Positions 57,282 through 64,000 of a DNA stretch of 64,000 nt are shown piece by piece (the first letter of the stretch is position 1; the number at the start of each line of letters is the position of its first letter). Location of the stretch: contig NC_079238.1 in NCBI RefSeq assembly GCF_027921745.1, positions 5,332,001 through 5,396,000 on the forward strand. Direction: 5' to 3'. The notes beneath the pieces were generated by a model. It did not search any database. It was given only the letters and a program-made list of their open reading frames with translations, and was not told the origin of the DNA. The stretch comes from Schizosaccharomyces osmophilus (Eukaryota). The position numbers and the translations under genes were made by a program.

Positions 57282-57853
57282 TTCTTTACCTTTTTATTGA
57301 ATTTCACTATGCAATTAAGTACTTGTCTACAGAATGCTTGCTTTTGTTTTGCTTTTTTCCTTTTTATTTTATTTTCTTTTGTAATTTCTGTAAATGTTCA
57401 ACTTCCATATCGCGCTTCTGTTTCCAAAGGTTTCCCTTCCTACCCGTTCAGAGTAGCCATTCCACGATTTTTTTCATCGTCGGAAGTCTACATACAAACA
57501 TGTAGACGTTCCCCATAAAAAGAAAAACAAAACAGTTTCTTTTACTTTTTTTCAATTCTTTTGCAACTATTTTTACTGTTTACAATCGTAATAAATGCGA
57601 TCCAAAGATAAAATTGACTATCATGCAACCGACAATATTCACCTCGCCTTTCCCAATATTTTTTTTTTCTTTTCTTTTGCATTTTTCATAATGACATAAA
57701 GAGCCAGTACCGGGTTTCCTTTTTTTTTTCACTTGTAATACCCGAGGAGTATGTGAAGTCATCCACGGGCGTGCCGCGCAAAACATGTTGTTTAAACATT
57801 TGTTTTCTTTTTTTTTTACTTATCTTGTTGGCTGGACCGATACCGACTGAGAA

Positions 57854-57865
57854 TTAAAGCTGCGA
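57854..57865 (-). promoter_or_regulatory. Pho7-consensus site TCGCAGCTTTAA upstream of tgp1
   Basis: Full match to the S. pombe Pho7 consensus TCG(G/C)(A/T)xxTTxAA; tgp1 is a known Pho7 target in S. pombe. Confidence 0.5.
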
Positions 57866-58516
57866 CTTTTCTGTACCCGATTCCCACATCGGCATTTCTT
57901 CATCGGTATTGTCATAAATCGACCAATAACGTTATTGTTTTTGGCCATAAAAAAAAAAGTAAACGACAGTCTGATTTCCGGGCCTATTCAAATTTACTTT
58001 AAATACTTAAAATGATAAAGTTTTTTGGTTTAGCGAAGCTGTCGCAGATTATCGGATACGTTTTCCATTGTCCTTACATATTACGCAACCACAAAAAAAG
58101 ATAGGGGGCTTTCCATGTCATTCGAAAGGGTCAAAGTATGTCATTACCGCAAAACTTATAAGAAGCATGAAACCACGCAAAACTTTGTGTGAATAAACCA
58201 CCTAGTGGGGCCGTGCGACAAATTAATAATTAATTCAGCTAATAATCAAGGTTGAACCGCACTCCTGTTTCTTTCATTTGTTTTTTTATGTTGTGTCCTT
58301 TTTTATTTAATTTATTTGCATAGGCGTTTTAGACATTTACGTGTTCCTCTTAATTTTCGCGTCGCGTTATCTTTTGCTAACAAATATCCTTTCATTGCTT
58401 TAGCGAATTATCCTTACGGTTTCTATTTGTATACATTTATAAATATCCAACTTGGCTTTTTCTTTCGTTGTTAATCTCTTGTTCGTTTGGTAATAGTTTT
58501 CTAAAAGGTTGTTGGT

Positions 58517-60064
58517 ATGTCTTCGGATTCTAGTTTTGCTTCTCTTCATAAAACCGGGACTCAAGCTATCCCCGATAGTAAGTCGCTTAGCAATACCCGC
58601 TCCAACAGCGCTGATGTGACCTCCAACTCCTCGCAACCCACGGGAGATTTGAAAGACGATGAAAAGAATGTTTTCGATTCTTCGTCAGAACTGGAGAAAG
58701 GATCGAACCATTCTACTAGTGAATGGAAGAAATTCTTTGACGTCTTCATTTGTGGTGTTGCCCTGATTTCCGATGGTTATTGCTCCAATTCTATCGGTAC
58801 TGTCATGACAATATTAAAAAAGCTTTACCCCAAAGAAACCACCACCAACAAGTCTATGCAAGATGTCGGTATGATTGCATATGTTGGTACTGTTATTGGT
58901 CAATTGACGTTTGGTTGGTATTCTGATTTTTTCGGTCGTAAAAATGGTATGATTACTGCTACTCTTATTCTCTTAATATCTACTGCTCTTTGTGCTGGCG
59001 CTTATGGTTATCACGGAAGTATCAATGGTATGATTTCTGCTTTGATTGCTTATCGATTTTTCCTTGGTATTGGCCTTGGCGCAGAATACCCTTGTGGCAC
59101 CGTGGCTGCTTCCGAGAATTCGAGCCAAATGAAGTCTGGTAGACGCCACGGTTCTTTTATCTTTGTAACTGGTTCTGCAATTGACATGGGATTTGTTTTA
59201 GGTGCTTTTGTTCCGTTCGTTTTAGTATGTATATTTGGTGAGCATCATCTTCGAGCTGTTTGGCGTATGTCGATTGGTTTAGGTTGTGTCATTCCTCTCC
59301 TTCTTCTGGCTTTTCGTTTGCCGATGAAGGAAAACGGTATCTTCCTCAAATCTCGAATTCCTTATACAAAAATTCCATGGCCTGTCGTCATTCGTCTCTA
59401 TGGTGTTCGCTTTGCTGTGATTTGCCTCGTTTGGTTCGTCTACGACTTGTCTGCATATGCATTTAGTTTGTATTCTAGTACTATCGTAAGTGGTATTCTT
59501 CCTCCAGATGCATCCATTGTGAGAAGCTTTGGATGGAATACTCTTATTAACACTTTTTACCTTCCTGGTTCTTGGTTAGGTTGTATATTTTCCGACATTA
59601 TTGGTCCAAAGTGGTGTTTGGTGTCTGGTTTAGTCTTACAAGGTACGATTGGTTTCTTTATGTCTGGCTTTTACAACCAATTGGTTCACCGTATTGCTGG
59701 CTTCTGTGTTATATATGGTATCTTCTTGTCAATGGGTGAGTTTGGCGCTGGTGGTAACATTGGTTTGATGGCTTCCAAGACTTCTCCTACTGCCATCCGC
59801 GGTATCTATTATGGTCTTGCCGCTGCTATTGGAAAATGTGGTGCCATTGCCGGTGTTTACGCTTTTGGCGGTAACCAAATCCGAATTTACTTTTATGCTG
59901 CTAGTGGAATGGCAATGTTCGTAGCCATTATATCCTTTTTCTTCCTTCCTCATATCAATCAAACTTGCATTGAAGATGAAGATCAACGCTTTGTGCAAGC
60001 TTGTATAGATTCCGGATACGGAAATCCCTATGATCATGAAGAGACCGTCCTCGCCAAAGCATAA
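58517..60064 (+). CDS. tgp1: MFS glycerophosphodiester transporter (Git1-like)
   Basis: [54 protein letters not shown]. Confidence 0.9.
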   Translation: MSSDSSFASLHKTGTQAIPDSKSLSNTRSNSADVTSNSSQPTGDLKDDEKNVFDSSSELEKGSNHSTSEWKKFFDVFICGVALISDGYCSNSIGTVMTILKKLYPKETTTNKSMQDVGMIAYVGTVIGQLTFGWYSDFFGRKNGMITATLILLISTALCAGAYGYHGSINGMISALIAYRFFLGIGLGAEYPCGTVAASENSSQMKSGRRHGSFIFVTGSAIDMGFVLGAFVPFVLVCIFGEHHLRAVWRMSIGLGCVIPLLLLAFRLPMKENGIFLKSRIPYTKIPWPVVIRLYGVRFAVICLVWFVYDLSAYAFSLYSSTIVSGILPPDASIVRSFGWNTLINTFYLPGSWLGCIFSDIIGPKWCLVSGLVLQGTIGFFMSGFYNQLVHRIAGFCVIYGIFLSMGEFGAGGNIGLMASKTSPTAIRGIYYGLAAAIGKCGAIAGVYAFGGNQIRIYFYAASGMAMFVAIISFFFLPHINQTCIEDEDQRFVQACIDSGYGNPYDHEETVLAKA

Positions 60065-61073
60065 AGTATGTTGCCTTGGCTCATGTCTTTGATGTCGAAC
60101 ATAATGAGTAATGAACCTTTAACGCGAAAAAGAAAAAAAAAAAGAGAAACTAACTTTATTTATTATTTAATTATTTGAAATGACTTCTAAACATACATTC
60201 GGCTTTCTCAACAACTCAAAAAACAAAATTTAAAGAAAGTGCTTTGTTTTTGACTCTTGAGTTCAACCTCAGGGAATCTTCCTTGATTATAATGCTGATC
60301 TTCTTTGAATTAAAAACATCTAGACTATTAGATATGTTTTTGCGCCAACTCAACTTGGCTTTTCTTTTCTTTTTGAAATAAGAACAAGCAAAAAAAAAAA
60401 AAATTTCAAAAGAAAGCACGATCTTTGATCGTTGGATCGACTAATCTATAGACAGGGTTCTTGGGTATTATGGTTAACACCTATATCAATTTGTTTATAG
60501 GAAAAAAAAAGGGCATTTAGAATAGAGAATAGTGTTTGTAACTTGTATATATATATATATATAAATAATAATAATTATTTTTTTTTTTTTTTTTTTTATT
60601 TCGTGACATCCTGGTTTTTACGCTGTATGATTGTATGACCGAGTGTATATTTCTGTGAATAAAAATCCATCCTACTTATGTTAGACTTTAGCTTTTGTGA
60701 AAGTATTCTCAGTTTCAGAAATCTGATTAACTGAATGAACTGACGATTAAAATATATGAAGTCAGATCAGTCGAGTCTCAGATTGAAAGATTCGTACTTT
60801 AACTGCAGGGTTTAGTAACTTCTAGGATAAATCTAAATAGCGATTTCGTTCAGTCTTTATCTAGATTTTCACTGTTTACAATTTGTAATACTGGGACTCT
60901 TTTGCATTATTCATGATACGATATCTGGGCCGTGGCATTCTCGTTGCTTCTCAGCTTTACTCTAAAGTAGCTTGGCATTAATAATTACAAGTAGTTGAAG
61001 TGAACGAACGAAAGCAAATACATTTATTAACTCAAAAAGAAACCTTATCTACATACAATACACAATTCGGGAA

Positions 61074-62807
61074 TTAGACATCATCTGCTCCATGGTTTTC
61101 TTCCATATTTTGATTATCCAAAAGGCCGCGAACACGAAGGAACGCGAAATAGTACTTAGCGGTTATCTTTCGCATCCGTTTTCCTAACAAAATCATAAAG
61201 AAAGATGTAAAAATAAAGAAGAAGCATAAGATACCAATAGAAATGTAGGTTTTTTCAGTTCCAATGCTATCAATCCAGCTTTGGCAAGCAAATGTAAAGA
61301 CATAACCAAAGGTATTATTAATTACAGACACAGCCACCATGCCTTCTAAAACCATCCCAGGGTATGCGTCCATCAAATAAGCCATAGCGGTATCACCAGC
61401 GCACCCCCATCCGAAACCAATACATCCCAAGCCAACATAGGTTGGGGCCCAATGCCAGTGACGGGCTGTTCCAATGCCAAACAAGAAGAGACCTAAAGGA
61501 TTAATTATACAAGGAAGAATCATCATCCAAAGACGCATCTCAGCTTCTTTAACACCCTTGTTACGCTTAGCAAACCAAATTACTATATAATCACCCAAGT
61601 AACCGGCATAAAAGCACCCAATGGTGGCTCCAATAATAAGTGGAACGTTCATAATCGCTACAGCATTGTCACCATAATTATAAGGTGCCTCCATCCAATC
61701 TTCTTCCATCGTAGTTAAATAAAAGGATAGCCAAGCATTTTGAGCGCCCCATTGTAAGCCTGAGTAAATGACAGCAGGAAAAAGAAAAATGCGCAGGGTT
61801 TGGACGAGTCGTACTACATACTGCCGGAAACCCCATCCAGAAAGTGATGTCGCAGGGGTGAACAAGGCAATTCTTTGCCAATAAGAAGGACGTTTATATG
61901 AATCTGTGGAAGCGCCAGTAAACTCTTTTACAGAAACCTCGTGTTTGGCTGTATCTAAAGAAGGCTGCTGATCATCCTTTTTCTCTTCGTCTAGCTGCTG
62001 ATCGTCCTCTTTCTCTTCGTCTAGCTTTTGGGCACCTTCCTGAGTCGCAACAGTTCGTTGTTTTCCAATTTCAAAGGCTTTGGTACGATCAAACGCAGTT
62101 TCTTCAAAAGTGAATAAGAAAAGAACAAAGGTAATGGCACAACAAATCAACCCCCACCAACCAATCCAGCGCCAACCTTGAGAGGAGGCAACGTATCCAG
62201 CCGCCAGGGGACCGAGATACGTACCAACGGAGGTGGAAAGAATGTAAATACCAATTTTTATACCACGCTCATGTTCAAAAACAATTTCGGATAGAGAAAA
62301 TTGGGTTAGAGCTTCTGAGGCGGATTCACTAATACCTACAAATGCCTGATTGGCAATTGAGTTTGGCGCATTTTTTGTCTTGGCAAACCATAAAGAGCCT
62401 AGCATACCAAACACAAGACAGATCATATAAACGCAACGTCTTCCATACAACTGACTAGCAGGCATGAAGATATAGGTAAAGTAGCCAACGCAAATAAACA
62501 AAACACCAGCAGCATTATCCATAGCGTCATAGGAAATGTCAAGTTGTTCATTCATTTGATCTTGGGCAGAACCAGCATCGTTTGCGATAGCACTGGTAAC
62601 CAAAGTAAACACACAAATCATGGCAATATGCCAGTTTTTTCTATATGGTTCCCAATTCAAAGGATCATTTGGATCATCGGATGGCTGAGGTTGAAGCACA
62701 ATATCCCCATCACGTTTTAATTCACTATTTTCCGAAGAAGCATAATGGTGATCTTTGACCATTATGGTCGTTCCTGGCAAACCGTCTAAAAACATGTCTG
62801 CCTCCAT
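61074..62807 (-). CDS. MFS transporter (DHA1/Hol1-like)
   Basis: LQPQPSDDPNDPLNW, YGRR, FEHERG, GPLAAG...GWRW, FEET, EAEMRL, AYLMDAY; about 12 hydrophobic segments. Confidence 0.92.
   Translation of the reverse strand: MEADMFLDGLPGTTIMVKDHHYASSENSELKRDGDIVLQPQPSDDPNDPLNWEPYRKNWHIAMICVFTLVTSAIANDAGSAQDQMNEQLDISYDAMDNAAGVLFICVGYFTYIFMPASQLYGRRCVYMICLVFGMLGSLWFAKTKNAPNSIANQAFVGISESASEALTQFSLSEIVFEHERGIKIGIYILSTSVGTYLGPLAAGYVASSQGWRWIGWWGLICCAITFVLFLFTFEETAFDRTKAFEIGKQRTVATQEGAQKLDEEKEDDQQLDEEKKDDQQPSLDTAKHEVSVKEFTGASTDSYKRPSYWQRIALFTPATSLSGWGFRQYVVRLVQTLRIFLFPAVIYSGLQWGAQNAWLSFYLTTMEEDWMEAPYNYGDNAVAIMNVPLIIGATIGCFYAGYLGDYIVIWFAKRNKGVKEAEMRLWMMILPCIINPLGLFLFGIGTARHWHWAPTYVGLGCIGFGWGCAGDTAMAYLMDAYPGMVLEGMVAVSVINNTFGYVFTFACQSWIDSIGTEKTYISIGILCFFFIFTSFFMILLGKRMRKITAKYYFAFLRVRGLLDNQNMEENHGADDV
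61964..62026 (-). repeat. 30-bp in-frame tandem duplication in the MFS central loop (LDEEK[E/K]DDQQ x2)
   Basis: Two 30-bp units starting at 61964 and 61994, differing at 2 positions. Confidence 0.9.
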
Positions 62808-64000
62808 GGTATCGAAAAGAACTGGTAAAAGCTTACAGCAAATCTAGCGTGTACTGCGCTGAAGGAAACCAATCAGTAAAGCAGAACAAGAAACGAGAAG
62901 CAAAAAAGAGAAAATGAGGCATACAAAGGCAATTATATAAGAGAATTAAATCCAAATGCCAAAAAAAAATAAAGGGAAAGAAAAGAAAACCAAAAGGCCA
63001 AGGGGTTAGAAAACGATACTTAAAGACGAACTCAATAACCCTTTTACTAGTAATATACAACAGAAACCAAAGTAATGCCTCCTAGATTTCTAAAGATAGT
63101 TTGGTACTTGATGAATAGAAACTATTCTGAATTATAAAGCAATAATCCCGTCAAAATAAATGTTCGGGAACTTTGCAATTCATGAACCAACGACTTCCAA
63201 ATGCGTTAAGCAGACAGAAAATAAAAGTAATTCCTAGAAAGTCAACAACCAACCTATAAACGAAACTAACAACGTCTATATAGCTTGTCGTAATTTTCGG
63301 GTCTATCACACAAGACGACGTCCGATAGAAAAAATTCTACAAAAACGGAAAAGAAAAGCTCACTGAGCCAGAGTCAAAGGAATAGACGAAAAGAAGAAAC
63401 AAAATAAAAACGTGAAGCTCACTAGAATAGATCCCGAAACCCAATCCGAAGAAGGAGTACAGGAGATGTAAAAAAAAAAAGCTTTTCTTCACCAAGCAAA
63501 CTGAACAGTGACAAATACACCAGGAATTAAAAATTAAACACGACCCTGTCTTTGTTGTCTTCCACGTTATGCCCCAGCTGAATGGTCTGTCAACTCATTA
63601 AGAGCTCTAAAAGTGTTTGGGAAAAAGCAACTTCAGTGAAGCAGTGCCGTGGAAGAACTGACGATAAGAAAAATGACGTACGAAAGGTAAACAAACAAAA
63701 AGAAAAGGCACGTAGAAAAATAAAAAGAATAAAAGTATAATATATTCAAAAGAAAGGTTTTGAGGAGGTTGTGATTCAGACGTTGATGTGTGCCATATGC
63801 TGCGGGTTCAAAAAATGAAGTTGAAGCAGTTGCCGCTGGAGGAAACAGTTTTGGGTAAATATTCATCAATTACAAAAGAGATTGAATATATTTAAGAGAG
63901 AAATTTCATACGTACGCTACTCAGAAATGATGTTTGCAGACCATTCCGTTTGTATATTATCTTAGACATTTGATATTATGATTTTATGAAAAGTTTTGCT

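Noticed and set aside
57099..57518. 139-aa ORF on + strand
   Set aside because: Runs straight through tRNA-Lys and a T-rich terminator; no protein features.
60547..60600. (TA)n and poly-T tracts between convergent transporters as a replication origin
   Set aside because: Ordinary low-complexity terminator-region sequence; origin activity cannot be inferred.
1..64000. Transposons, solo LTRs, wtf genes, rRNA, CRISPR
   Set aside because: No RT/integrase ORF, no recognisable LTR with target-site duplication, no wtf-like exons or rRNA. A diverged solo LTR could be missed by eye.

Overview
Gene-dense fission-yeast (Schizosaccharomyces) euchromatin with short GT-AG introns and CTAAC/CTAAT branch points. 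The proteins resemble, but are diverged from, S. pombe, so this is probably the octosporus/cryophilus/osmophilus group; the species cannot be fixed from sequence alone. From 1 to ~47 kb the gene order follows S. pombe SPAC3G6/SPAC29B12 as I recall it: hrp3, dss1, Maf-like, rnp24, Mpv17, rad2, erv1, tps2, vps51, chl1, rpl41, ino80, set2, spd1, snz1, mtq1, rcd1, sec16, clr5. It then switches to SPBC1271-like genes: stt3, NIF phosphatase, dys1, AN1 finger, tgp1, MFS transporter, plus tRNA-Gln and tRNA-Lys. Things the ORF track misses or does not explain: (1) a dual-guide box C/D snoRNA inside the intron of an apparently non-coding, HomolD-driven host RNA at 5.7-6.4 kb; (2) a 297-nt intron in the Maf pyrophosphatase gene that can fold into one nested rod-like stem-loop; (3) spliced micro-genes dss1 and rpl41; (4) a PhiA/Cwp1-like secreted-protein gene preceded by a dense homotypic motif cluster; (5) an orphan B-box between divergent genes; (6) a 72-bp coding VNTR in sec16; (7) a Pho7-consensus site upstream of tgp1. 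All orthology, rRNA-target and synteny statements rest on recalled sequences and were not checked against databases.
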